From the NCBI RefSeq assembly GCF_009914755.1, contig NC_060936.1: a DNA stretch of 64,000 nt; one strand, given 5' to 3'. The notes under the pieces are model-generated. The model had not been told where the DNA came from and did not search any database. It worked only from the letters and a program-made list of their open reading frames with translations. Positions within the stretch are counted from its first letter, which is position 1; each line of letters starts with the position of its first letter. Made by a program: the position numbers and the translations under genes. The stretch is from the human T2T-CHM13v2.0 reference genome, Homo sapiens. Of the stretch, positions 1-11,890 are shown one piece after another.

Positions 1-39
1 CTTTTCTAGTAGGTTAAGGTTTTTTCTTTTAAATTCCAG

Positions 40-1090
40 TGGGTAATTAGGAAATCACTGGCTACTCTGATAAAATAGTTTCAGGGAAATGATAGAGACA
101 GTGAAAAAAGTTACAGGCTATTAAAAAATGAATGGGAAGTAAGGAAAAAGTATCTTATTTCAAGAAAAGTGCAGGTAAAGGGAAGAGAGGAATCAACACA
201 AATAAAACAGTTTAACTTTCAAGTAAATGTATTTCTAATTCTATTCTTTCCTGGGATAAGGGATTGCTTAGAAAGATTATATGTGTTTGAAAGCAAGGGT
301 AAAGCCAAGATAAAGGAAAAACCATGGTAAGGGAAGAAACAATTGCAACGGATGAAACAAAGCTCTGAAGGACATTTAGAAAATAAAGAACAGATGTCTG
401 CTTGATGGTTGGTCATAAAGAAGAGAAGTATATAATCCTCTCAGAAGGTAAGGGTGGGTATAGAAAATCAGAAGGTGAGGGGGACAGAAGAGCCAGTAAT
501 TCATGTTTTATGAAATCAGATTCCCTAATAATATAGAAGTTTGTTTATTAAGAGTAAGGTTGAGAGAGTGGAGAAGCCTTGAGAATAAAGGTAGAACAAT
601 TGCTGAAAGAAGTGGAAGGAACAACTGATTGAGAAGGCCAAAGACCTGAGAAATTGACTAGGATCGAATGTACAAATTTGTGGACATATGAATGTTTAAA
701 TGATGGCATTTCTCTAGCAGCGTCAAGCCTCTGCATTAGAGTAGAGAAAGTGGATAATGGAATTAACTCAAGATTGACATTTTATCTGTCAGATGTCTGT
801 AAAGGTAAGGATGTAAGGCATTGAGGTTATTGACAAAATAGTTCAGATAATCAGCAACAACAGGACCCAGGCTGAGGAGCGAAGACATCAAGCCTGGAAA
901 TGTCTAGCTCAGCTGAAAGAGGGAGGTGGGGTGGAATCCAGAACTGGTTGTTTCTGTAAAGCTGTTTATGGCCAGATAAGTGAGAGTGATCAAGACAAGA
1001 GGTTGTGCTTAAAACCTGAGACATCAGTGCTTAAAGCGTGCGACATCAGCACTTAAGGTTCAGATATAGACAGATTTCAGTTCAACTTCA
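40..1090 (-). mobile_element. Degraded L2 LINE fragment
   Basis: Purine-rich sequence resembling the reverse complement of the L2 3' region (e.g. ...aaatagtttcagggaaatg...gaatgggaagtaagg...ttcaagaaaagtgcaggtaaagggaagagagg). Boundaries approximate. Confidence 0.6.
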
Positions 1091-1110
1091 ACGTATGGCT
1101 GTCGGCTGTG

Positions 1111-1255
1111 ATGAGTTAGGTATTTTTGTGTCCATTTTATGACAAAGCAAGTGATTTGGAGAGGTTACATAATTTATGTTTAAACCACTAGTGGGTATGA
1201 GAGCTGGGATTTGACCACAGGTTTTCTGACTTCAGAGCTTCTGTACTTTTATTAG
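1111..1255 (-). mobile_element. MIR SINE
   Basis: MIR core-like: ccattttatgacaaagcaagtgatttggagaggtta...gagctgggatttgaccacagg...ctgacttcagagc. Confidence 0.8.
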
Positions 1256-4199
1256 TCCATATCATCCTGCACAATTTGACTTCTCAAGTAATGAAATAGG
1301 GATGCATTTTTGCTTTATTCAAGTTTATACTGTTTTAATTTATAAGAGAATCAACATAATTTTGATAATCATTTGTTCTATTTACTTTGTTTTGTTTATA
1401 ACTGAATATTCCTGATTGGTTGTTTTGGACCTAAGTGTTTGATTTGGGAACATCTTCAAAGATGTTAGTGTCCTTTTCATTTTGAAGATATTTGGCCTAA
1501 TAACATTTTGTTCATAAAACTGTGTTCAGCCCACCAATGAGTTTAAATTGGTTTCAGAATTACATATAGTTAAATAAGATGTCAGAAGCAAGTAATTTGA
1601 GTTCAAATTATGTAATAGCATAGATATGTTTGTTTGTATTTTTTCCAAAAGCCTTGTTGAACTGAGTTACTCAAAGCTTTTCTTGTAGAGTGCCTACTGG
1701 TGCTTTATAAAATCACAGGCATCAAATTAACGAGTCCATCCAACTTTCTAGATAATTAGAATGCCCCTCAGCTTAACAGCACAGGGCTGAATCAGAACTA
1801 TTTTACTGAAGAAGGTGTGAAACTTGTTTTCCTAAGTGGCAAAATAAAAAGTTATTAATAGCGATGCTAACATTCACATTCAGTTTAACTGATTTTTTAA
1901 AGTCATTTTTTAGTCTAATCTCCAATGACTTTGAACATAGTTTCCCAAATGTTCTGTTCTTGCATTGTGCCCTTGCATTAAGTTCAGGATTAGTTTTTCT
2001 TATCACCATACTTCAAAAACAGAGATCTTAAATATATATCAAATTTGGTCTTGTTTGTGACATTCTAATATTAACTGATGATTTTTATAGCATTGATTTC
2101 ATATGGCAATGTTTGTTTTTAATTGATTTAGGTGCTGTGTTCTCAGTAAAACTAACTCATTAGAAAAATGTTCTGAAACCTAGTTGATATCTATTTATTC
2201 ACTTTTGCAGAGGGTTTTTAGCCAAGACACATTCTCCAATTTAAATAAACTTCTTTATATTATAGATTACATCATGTATAAAGAGAAAATGCAAAAACAT
2301 GGTTAACTTTTACATATTAGGTCATTAAAAATCCATTCTTGCCTTCCTGCCCATTACTACATCTCTTTTTCAGACCTGTCACCCATTTCATTTAAGCACT
2401 TAGCTCTCTTCTAATGAATGAATTGGCATTTCATATTACCTTATTATCCTACAAAACAAAATGCATACTCAATAACATTAATGGTAATTTCTCATAAAGA
2501 CACATTATCGATCCGGGAGCTACCTGTAAGCATTGAAAATTGCAGCCTGCACACAGAGCCTTTCACATCTGGGTCTGAAGAATTAAAGAAAAATTAAATT
2601 TGACAGCAGTAAATTCACAGGCACAATCTAGGCTCCAATTTATATGCAAAATGAAATGCTTTATGAAAATTTCTTCTATTTTCTCACGGAGATTTGGAAA
2701 AAAGATTTCACTAGGTGCTTCTTTCTTTAATATCCCTCTACTTAAATATTATACTGCAGTCACTGCAGACTCTCTTTGATGTATAAATAATCAAGTTAAA
2801 TTATGTGCAGCAAGGAGACTAGTGCTCTGCCATTCTTATTTTACAAAGTAATTTCTACCCTAGAGGGTCAAATTTCCCTGACAAATTCTTAATTACTGTG
2901 TTGCAACAGAAGCAGAATCTATTTGTGCATAAATCCTGGGCATTCCCATGTGGCAAGTAACTAATATTACCAACCATTTCACTTGGCCTGTTCACTGAAC
3001 TCCATAATTAGATAATACTTTTGATGATGGTACATTTGAAGTCTTAATCCATTTAATTTTTTATGAGTTTTTTTTTATTTTAATAGGGATATGTTAGTGA
3101 CCACTGCCTATTTAAAAATCATTAAAATTCTGTCCACAGCAGTAATAAAGATTAAAGATCACTAATATGGCATTCATAACCTTGCTGGTTTTCCAGAAAT
3201 CCAGGGCTTAAGGTAAATGTTAAAGGTCATTTAATATGTTAGTCACTAATTATAATCCTGGGTAATAGGTTCCTTTTCTAATTATCATGGTATAAAAGTT
3301 CTATTGTTTGGGTCTGTGCTTCTGATTTTTGTATTTAGCTTTTTTTTGGAATAAGTAATCCTGGAATTAAGCTCCTGAACATTGATGAAAGTAGGTAATG
3401 CTTGATGATTAACTGGATAAAAGCTTATATTTGAATGCTGTATGATATCTTGCCTTGAAGTTACTTACAAAAGATGCAGCATCTTTTTTTCTAGGAATAA
3501 GTTCAGGGAAAAGGTCATTGTAAGGTTAATGCACCCATATTTTAATATCAAACTATGACAAATTTGACTACAGCCTTTCCGTACCCCTGCCAAAACATTA
3601 AGAAGAAAGCTTAAACAACATGAAACGAGAGGAGGTATTTCTAAAAAGTGGACTAGATTTGGCCTCTTAACCTAATAACAAAAGTGCAAAATTATCCATT
3701 TCACTTTGCAATAAATTGCCCACTCCTTGTTTAAACACACATACATACACAGGCATACACATACATCTCGTAAGTTAGAGTAGCTTCCTGAAGAAATCAC
3801 AAGCTGCCTTCTCAGCTAATATCCTAGGATCATGACAAGCCAAAGCCATGATGGACCAATTGTAACCCATCAGTATTTTGGCCCGTATTTTTCACCAAAT
3901 TCAGACTATGTTGTTGTTTTCCACTTAGCTTTATATTGGTCTTGAAAGTATTACATATCATCTGCTTATAAAATGTCTGCACTTTGAATTATTTTATTAA
4001 CATGTATTTTTTCATATTTCAAACATTATTTGCATTTTCTACCTCTTCAGTCATTCATATATACTTCAATCTTTGCATTTGTCCTTGCAAGGAATCTTTA
4101 ACAAGTCACTAATATAATGTCAATTGTGTCTTAGATTGTTAGAACTTGTAAAAAGCTTTAAGAATATTTTATAAGAGCCCTATCAGTAGTTATACCTTG

Positions 4200-5130
4200 A
4201 TTAATTAATTCATAATTATTTATTGAGTATTTGCTGTGCTCCGGACATGTAAAGATTCTTGCTATCATGAAACTTTTATTCCACTGACAGGAGAGACATA
4301 CAATAGACAGAATAAATAAGTTTACCTCTATTCCAATGTCTCTCTCTATAGTATATATAGATACTATATATAAGTAACTATAGATACTAATGATAGAAAC
4401 TTTAAAATACTACAAGCAAGAGGAAAACTCAGGAGTAATATGGGAATTGATGATTAGGAATCAGAAAAAGGGTTACTATCTTAATTTGAGTGATCTTAGA
4501 AGGACTCTTTGAGAAAGTGACATTTGACCAAAGATTGGCAAGCATTACTCAAGGGTATCAGGTACCCCAGGAAGAGCAGGCAAGTACAAAGACTCTGAGG
4601 CAAGAGCATGCTTGGCTTGTTTGAGGAGCAATGTGAAAGTGAGTGGTTGGAAAGAAGGAAAGAAAGTTAGAGTATTTGCATATTTGTTCAAAAAAGTATT
4701 GGGCTCCAGGTTACATGTTACCTTTAGGCTCTTGCAGAAACTTTCACCTTTTTTAATTTGTGAGATGAAGGCCATATGAATATTTCAAAAAAGAAGGGAC
4801 ATAAGTCTACTTAGGCTTAAAAATTATAACTGACGTCTGGACTTAAAATCTGCTAATGGGGTTAAAGAGATGAAGCAGAGAGACTAGTTAAGGAGCTTTA
4901 AAGATCATCCCATCAAAAGATGAGAGTGGATTGAATCAGGGGATCATTTTGGATATTGAAAGCCAAATTTGATATGTTTTGAAATTAAAGTAAAATAATT
5001 TGATAGCTGATCAGATATATGTTATGAGAGAAAGAAAAGTGTCAATAATGAAACTAGAATTTGGTTTTTAGCAACGTCGGTCTCGAAACTAATGTTTATG
5101 ACTTTAAACTGAGACAGTGAGCCATGTCCA
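4200..5130 (-). mobile_element. L2 LINE including 3' end
   Basis: Starts with the reverse complement of the L2 tail (ttcataattatttattgagtatttgctgtgc) and continues with typical L2 motifs (caagtacaaagactctgaggcaagagcatgcttggcttgtttgagga). Confidence 0.8.
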
Positions 5131-5628
5131 GGTTCAGAGTACCAGCGAATACAACTAAACTTGATGAGAGTTTTGCAAGGAGAGGATAATAAAGTGAAAG
5201 AAGGGCACAATTATTGGCAATGTTTGCACAAAATGGTATGTAAGAATGTAGAATTTAGACGGTGTAAGGAGGGTGGTGAGGGTAGGACAATGCACACACA
5301 TAAGTGCCATAAATAACTATGATAGATATCCCTTTATACTTGGGGGAATGGAATACATGAATGATAAGTCAATCATCTCTTCCACTTGGAGGGCTTTCTT
5401 AGACAGGGGCTAGTAATAAGACTGGGGAAATTACAAGAACTCATAAAATCGAGTGTGGAAGCACAGCGTTAAACACCAAGAAAAGAGAAAAGTGGAAAAG
5501 CAACTGTACGTATAAGAGTGCTACAACAGACTCCCCAAAAATGAATACTATGAATTATGCTTCCCCAACTGAGATCACAAAATTAACGAAAAGACAAGGG
5601 ATAGCTGATGCTGGAGGTTGGGTTTACC

Positions 5629-5751
5629 TAGGGCTGGCTCCATGTTTGTGACCTGTATAGGTACACAGGATCCCACGCTAAGAATGGCCTTGCATTTGGT
5701 TCAATCCTCTGCTGCTGCAGTCTTGGGACTTTTAATATTTTGGAACAAGGG
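5629..5751 (+). mobile_element. MER91A hAT DNA transposon, left part
   Basis: agggctggctccatgtttgtgacctgt...ttggttcaatcctctgctgctgcagtcttg...ttggaacaagg follows the remembered MER91A consensus. Confidence 0.75.
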
Positions 5752-6104
5752 TGTTTTGGTAGCGTCCTGCAAAAGGCAGGATAGGTTTAGATGTTGACAC
5801 ACGCGCAGACAGAGTATGAGAAGGTATTACTCTCATTATGAGGGTTTCTGGGGACAGCAGGGTAGACTCCCAAGCAGGTTCAAAATGGCTTGAGTGAATG
5901 AGGGGAATATGGCTTTGGTTTCTGTTGTGATTCAGACATGCTGGGAGGAGAGCCTCTGCATAGGAGCTGGATTAGCCTGGTTTGATCATTCTCATCTGGT
6001 GACAAAGAAGGGAGTGACAGCTTTCTTATGGGCTTGTCCCACTATGGGGCTTGAAAGCTGTGAGTAATTAAACATAAAAACATGCAGTCAGATGCTTTAT
6101 TAAA
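5752..6104 (-). mobile_element. Old ERV solo LTR inserted into MER91A (family not resolved)
   Basis: Begins TGT and ends ...cagtcagatgctttattaaa. Flanked by a short aaggg/aggg duplication, and it interrupts a collinear MER91A. Confidence 0.7.
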
Positions 6105-6160
6105 AGGGGTCCCTGGGATTCCTCCTTGCACTGGCCCCACAGATGATGTAGTTGGTCCTG
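6105..6160 (+). mobile_element. MER91A, right part
   Basis: ttgcactggccccacagatgatgtagttggtcctg matches the MER91A 3' end and terminal inverted repeat. Confidence 0.75.
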
Positions 6161-6164
6161 ATGT

Positions 6165-6440
6165 TATGGAAGCAGATTCTGAGACACAGTTTGGGATGCT
6201 AGATGTATATTAGGGAGTAACTACTGTGAAGGGAAGAGAGGAATTCAAAATGGAAGGAGGAAAACGTCCAACTGCTATACATTCATTCACCCATTATCAA
6301 CATTCCCTACATGGGGACATATGGCCACACATGTATATGGCCATGTGCTTGTCAGATACAGAACTGTGCAGATTTTCAAGATGGGGAGCAAATTATTTTC
6401 TGAAGAAGGACCTTAGCAGACTCATCTCTACATCTCCCAG
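6165..6440 (-). mobile_element. LTR16-like ERVL LTR fragment
   Basis: ggaagcagattctgagacacagtttgggatgctagatgtatattagggag resembles the LTR16-family end. Confidence 0.55.
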
Positions 6441-6609
6441 AGTTGGGTATATTCAGTGTCTTGAAATTTGTCATAGGTTTTAGATGCAAATTAAAATAGT
6501 TTGAGTTTTTAGGGGGTAAATTAATAATAAATAGGTCTGAAATAAAGGCTTCAGAGGCATCCAAATTAATTGGGCACCAGACAGGTCACAGGATTTATTG
6601 TCAAAGAAG

Positions 6610-6790
6610 TGGCATTCAGATTTCTCTCCATCAACTATCAGATATGTGACTTACTAGATATAAAAAGTTTAGTCTCTTTGAATGTGAGTTTTTTAAATAA
6701 AGATAATACTGTTACAAATTGATATTTTTTGAGGAATAACATTTGAAATAACTGTTGAAAAGTTTCATACAAATATTAGTCATTTTTCAT
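6610..6790 (+). mobile_element. Degraded MIR-family SINE
   Basis: Weak MIR-like motifs (atgtgactt...agtctctttgaatgtgagtttt...ataatac...aaatattag). Confidence 0.45.
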
Positions 6791-8175
6791 ATTAAAAGCA
6801 CTAAACTATAAACGTTGTAACATATAGTTAGGGTGACCAAAAGTCTATGTTTTTTTTTTTTTCCAGTGGAAGAGAGTTTTCTAATTTGAGTTGATTATGT
6901 CTTAGTGTGTTTTGCCCTTCCTGTTAGGAACCTTCTCTTTAATAGCAAACTTTTAGTCATGCCAAAAGTAGCATACCCATCAATAATTACTAACTAGTGT
7001 ATCTGTTTTATTTAACAAATTTAACCAAGTTATCTGATGATCATCAATAGAAAAAAAAATAAAGTTTTAAATTGGTCAGTGCATATTTCTTACTCATTTT
7101 AGTGTTTTAACAAGGAGTTATGGGTATCTTATATAAGATATGAACATTTTATTTTTCTCAAATTATGTTAAGGAGGATGCTTTAGGTTTAACTGCTTCTT
7201 GTTTTTATAATGTCATCTAAGAATTTTACGGAGCTTCTTGAGGTTAAATCCATGTGTATTCAATATTTTCTACAGCTCAGCATTTTTATATTTATGTTAA
7301 AAATAAAAACATGAAGAAAGTTTGAATCCTCACTCGGGTCACCAGTGGTAAAATAGGGTCACAATTTAGTTAGTACATATAGCACTCCAGTACCTCAAGT
7401 ACATAAAGCACAGGCCTTTAGTTCAGGCTAGAAACTCTTCTTTCAGTAAGTAGAAAATGAAATAAACAAACCTCAGTTTTGAATGTTTAAAGTCTGAAGC
7501 TTGCTCCAAATTCTTTTATAAATCAGGCTGTGTAATCTCATGATGTTTCTGGAAGTAGAAAAGAAAGATTTATTTCAACAAAATAGTGTATATATTTTTT
7601 TCAGTTTCCCATTCTTAAATTGAAGTCTTAGATAGGGCTGGAAGTTTAAAATTAAAATGGTTTCATCACTTCAAATTCTGCAGCTGTTCTTTTTTTTTTT
7701 TTTTCCTTAAAAAAAAAAAAACTATTTAATGTCACACAGACAAACCCTGCCCCAATTACACAGGAACAGATTTGAAACAGCTTGGAGTATAATTAGAGAT
7801 AGAAGGTGTGTATATTTGTATTTATGTGGGATTGGAAATGCTAAATAAAACTGTATATATACACTTGATGGGGATCTTTAATAAGAAAATGACTACTTTA
7901 GAACCTTGTCCTGGACTAGTTTTTCTGTTTACATTTTGGTTATTTCAAAACTCAGGAAAACAAAGGAAACATTTAGCTCAGCAATATTTTGAAGTAAGCT
8001 AAGATCTTATTTGAGTATCCAACACCACAGTGCAGATATATTTGAAAATGTCAAGAGAAAAATAACATCAGCAACAAAAATTTACTGTTTTTCTCAATCC
8101 CTCCTTCTTTTTGCCCTCTGTTACTACTGTGATAGACATCCTATTTCATCAATACTGAGAAATGTAAAATGTCAA

Positions 8176-8552
8176 TGTCTTAGTCTTCTTTGTGTTGCTA
8201 TAAGAGAGTGCCATGGACTGGATAATTTACAAAGAAAAGAAACGTATTTTTTACAGTTCTGGATGTTGAGAAGTTCAAGGTTAAGGGACCCACATCTGGT
8301 GAGAGCCTTCTTGCTGCGTTATCCTGCAGCAGAAGGCGAAGTGCAAGAGAGTTTGGGACAGCAAGAGAATCAGAGGAGGCCAAACTGGCTTATCAGAATC
8401 TACTCTTGAGATAATGACATCACATCGATCTCTTTATGAAGGCAGAGACCTTATGACCTAATCACTTCCTATGATGCTACACCTCCCAACACTTGCACTG
8501 GGGATTAAGTTTCCAAAAGATGAATTTTGGGAGACACATTTAAACCATAGCA
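8176..8552 (-). mobile_element. MaLR solo LTR (MST-type, MSTC/MSTD-like)
   Basis: tgtcttagtc...tgttgctataag...ttttgggagacacatttaaaccatagca; TG...CA ends, about 380 bp. Confidence 0.88.
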
Positions 8553-8766
8553 ATCATATAATTAAATTAAAATGGTAAAAATTATACCTTTCTGGAGTGT
8601 CTTTCCCATTGAAAATCTTGCACAAATTACTAATTTTACAAATGAAAAAATATTTTTATATTTATATATGACCTTGATAAGGTCTAAAAATGTACACCTT
8701 GATGAGAAAGAGACCCAGAAAGAGAGAGAGAGAGAGAGAGATAAAATCATTAAAAATATAGGCAGT

Positions 8767-9053
8767 GGCTGGGCTCAGTGGCTTATGCCTGCAGTCCCAG
8801 AACTTTGGGAAGCTAAAGTGGGTGAATTGCTTGAGTCCAAGTATTGGAGACCAGCCTGGGCAACAAGATAAAACCCTGTCTCTATAGAAAATACAAAAAT
8901 TAGCCAGGCATGGTGGCATATGCCTGTAGTTCCAGCTACTCAGGAGGCAAAAGTGGAGGATCACTTGAGCCTGGGGAGGTCGAGTCTGCAGTGAGCCATG
9001 ATCATGCCTCATGCCACTGCACTCTAGTCTCGGCTACAGAGTGAGACCCTATC
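8767..9053 (+). mobile_element. AluJ
   Basis: Dimeric Alu with J diagnostics (ggatcacttgagcct, gtcgagtctgcagtgagccatgatc, gagaccct); 7-bp internal duplication tcatgcc. Confidence 0.93.
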
Positions 9054-9207
9054 GGAAAGAAAGAAAGAGACAGAGAGAGAGAGAGAGGAAGGGGAAGGGG
9101 AAGTGGAAGCGGAAGGGGAAGGAGGGAAGGAAGGAAAAAGAAAAGAAAAGAGAAGGAGGGAGGGAGGAAGGAAGGAGGGAAGGAAGGAAGGAAGAAAGGA
9201 AAGAAAG
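9054..9207. repeat. GA-rich simple repeat derived from the Alu tail
   Basis: (GAAA)n/(GA)n/(GGAA)n tract directly after the Alu. Confidence 0.9.
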
Positions 9208-9654
9208 TTCAAAAGAATTAACTTAAAATTGTATTTCATTCACTTTGATGCTCAAAGAAAAGTTGGCCCTATTATCAGTTATCTCAACTTAAAGCTTACT
9301 GTGAAACATACACTCTATCCCTTCATAGCTGTTAAAAAGATTTAAAGTCATAATCACAGCACTTGAAAAGAACAATGCAAGTTCATTTTTGCTAATCTGA
9401 TATCTTAAAATAGACTATCATAAAAATCACTGCAGAAAGATGAGAATCTATTTTTAAATTCTTCCTGGAATAAAATGGTCTATCTTCCTCAGTTTATCAG
9501 TCCTGACCAAGAAGAAAAAGACTCTCTAATACTAAATCAAATTTTTAATTCTGCTATTTAATCACATACTTTTAAGATGTCTCTTAGTGAGAATGGGAAC
9601 TCAATTCCCTCAAATCCTAGAAGTTTTCTTTCAACTTTCCATTCTCTTTCTCTA

Positions 9655-10075
9655 AGGCATTTACTCAAAGCATGGTCCTTGGACAAGTTGCATCAAAACT
9701 ATCTTTGGGAGGCTGAGGCGGGAGGATTATCTGAGGTCAGGAGTTGGACACCAGCCTGACCAATACGGTGAAACCCCGTCTCTACTAAAAATACAAAAAT
9801 TAGCCGAGCGTGGTGGCAGGCACCTGTAGTCCCAGCTACTTCGGAGGCTGAGATGGGAGAATTGCTTGAATTGCTTGAACACATGAGGTGGAGGTTGCAG
9901 TGAGCCGAGATCATGTCACTGCACTTCAGCCTCGGTGACAGAGTGAGACTCCATCTCAAAAAAAAAAAAAATGCAGATACCTGTAGATCAGTATATCTAG
10001 AGGAGATGACAGAAAAACTATGATTTTATTTTATTTTCAAGTAGCTAATTAAGAGTTTTTAATGTTGAAAACTAC
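9655..10075. mobile_element. MER5-type hAT element split by an Alu
   Basis: ctcaaagcatggtccttggacaagttgcatca lies left of the Alu; atgcagatacc...tcag...ttgaaaactact lies right of it. Confidence 0.55.
9703..9971 (+). mobile_element. 5'-truncated AluS
   Basis: Starts at ctttgggaggctgagg; AluS diagnostics (ctgaggtcaggag, ggaggttgcagtgagccgagat); poly-A tail; 9-bp duplication gaattgctt at 9859-9876. Confidence 0.93.
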
Positions 10076-10249
10076 TTTGTTCTTCTTATTTATGAATTTG
10101 ACCTAATCTTTCATAATGATAACTATAATTTTAGCTTGAATTCTCATCAGAAAATTTACCTCTATAAACAATGCTTCATACTCTCATCGAACCCACGCAG
10201 ACTAATTTCATCATGATTGTTTAAAATTGTCATTCACCATATGGATCTA

Positions 10250-10759
10250 TAGTCATTTAACAAGTCCAACACATATCTATTGAGAGATTTTACCTACTGT
10301 TATAAAAAGAAATTAAACAGTAAAACAAAGAAATAAAAAATAATAAGATTTCTCATGGGCCTATTTAATAATAAGGGGGAGTACAGACAATAAATTAAAC
10401 AATAGCCAAACTATATGTGAAGGTAATAGGAATAAAGGATAGTAGGAGTCTGGGAAAAGGTTGCAATGTAAAATAGAACAGTTAGGGAGCAAACATCTTT
10501 TTTTGAATTTTTGAATAAAAATTTGAAAGAGATGGGAAAAGAGCATCTGCAAGAGAAAGAACAGCCATTACAAAGGCCCTCGGTGGGAAGTCGGCCTGAT
10601 GTGCTTGAGAAATAAAAACAGTGGAGAGAGTGGAAGGAGCAAAGCCATAGAGAAATAGGGGATGCAGTTAGAGAGGTAGTGAGAGGCCAGATTGTGTGGG
10701 GCCTTGAAGGAGATGCAGAGCAACTGGAAGGTGTTAAGCAAAAGAATGACCTGGTTTCA
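10250..10759 (-). mobile_element. L2, 3' part (resumes at about 11176)
   Basis: Reverse-complemented L2 tail at the start, then typical L2 motifs up to aagcaaaagaatgacctggtttca. Confidence 0.8.
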
Positions 10760-11160
10760 AGGCTCATAGCTTTAAAAGCAACCTCTCCTCTATCAGTGCC
10801 CAAATTTATAAATTCAACTGTATCTATTTTCCCAATCTTCAAATTTTTATCCAGAGGTTCATTGACGTCTCCAGTTGGATGCTTATTATGCTTCTAAAGG
10901 TTAAAGTGTCCAAAACTGAACTTCTCCTGCCCATCTTCTTCCTCCTCAAATTTTCTTCTCCTCATCTTTCCTTCTCAGTTAGAGACAACTCTATTCTATT
11001 TGCTCAAGCCACTCATTCTTTTTGTTGACACCTCTTACACATGACAACATTCACCAGATACTCCAGCAGATCCTGTTGGCTCTACCTTAACATTATAGAC
11101 CAAAATCAATAACGGAAACATTTTTCAACACTTATGCTACTGCCACTCACACACACACAA
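10760..11160 (+). mobile_element. Internal L2 fragment in opposite orientation, flanked by a 15-bp direct repeat
   Basis: Pyrimidine-rich L2 sense sequence (gtccaaaactgaacttctc...atcctgttggctctacctt), ending in (CA)n. Flanks are aatgacctggtttca (10745-10759) and aatgaactggtttca (11161-11175). Confidence 0.7.
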
Positions 11161-11175
11161 AATGAACTGGTTTCA

Positions 11176-11890
11176 CTAAGTTTGAATGACTTTGTGTCAC
11201 TGTTCTGCAGTGAACAGATTTTAGAAGGAGCAAGGATGAAAGCAGGAAGACAGATAAAGTTATTGCAATAATACTTGGGAAAAAGGATGGTGGCTATGAC
11301 CAGGGTGGTAAGTAGTCATATTCTGGATATATTTTAAAGGTGGATTCAATAGTAGTTTTTGACTAGTTTCATGTGATATATGAGGAAGAAGAGTTATTAT
11401 TTCTTCAAGGCATTTTGGCCTTGATAACTGGAACCAGTCTTTGCATTGAGACAAGAAACACTATAGATGGAGCAAGTTTGTGAATATAGATCAAATTTCA
11501 ACATGCAAAGTTTGGGAATTCTATGACACATTCAATGGAAATATCAAGTAGTCAGGTAGACATAGGGGTCTTCAATTCAATGGAGGTGTTCAAGTTACAC
11601 CACATGGGTGGCATTTAAATATTTCAGGCTGGGTGAAGTGAAGAAAGAAAATTAACCTAAGGAAATGCTCTGAAAAATTATAATTGAAGAGTTTGGTGCT
11701 AAAGCAGGGGGTGGAAACTCTGATCTCCTAGTTCAAATGCTGTTCATAGAATAAGTTAAGATATGGACTGAGAATTCACAATTGGATTTATGAATGTGGA
11801 AGAAGAATCAGTGACTTTGATGTAAGTAGCTTCAATAAATTGAGAAATAAAAGTGATAACCTTATAAGAGAGAATGTAAGAAGAAATGGG
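11176..11890 (-). mobile_element. L2 continuation
   Basis: Collinear with 10250-10759 (gaaggagcaaggatgaaagcaggaagac...ggatggtggctatgaccagggtggt...). Confidence 0.8.

Noticed and set aside
1019-1058. Imperfect 17-bp direct repeat gacatcagYRcttaaRg
   Set aside because: Two copies only, within a decayed L2; ordinary micro-duplication.
7690-7721. Poly-T/poly-A hairpin resembling a terminator
   Set aside because: Adjacent homopolymers are common in AT-rich DNA, and there is no associated gene.
8662-9345. ORFs of 71-116 aa over the Alu and GA tract
   Set aside because: These are Alu-derived or low-complexity translations. The same applies to ORFs at 9699, 15422, 19581, 36969, 46217 and 49601.
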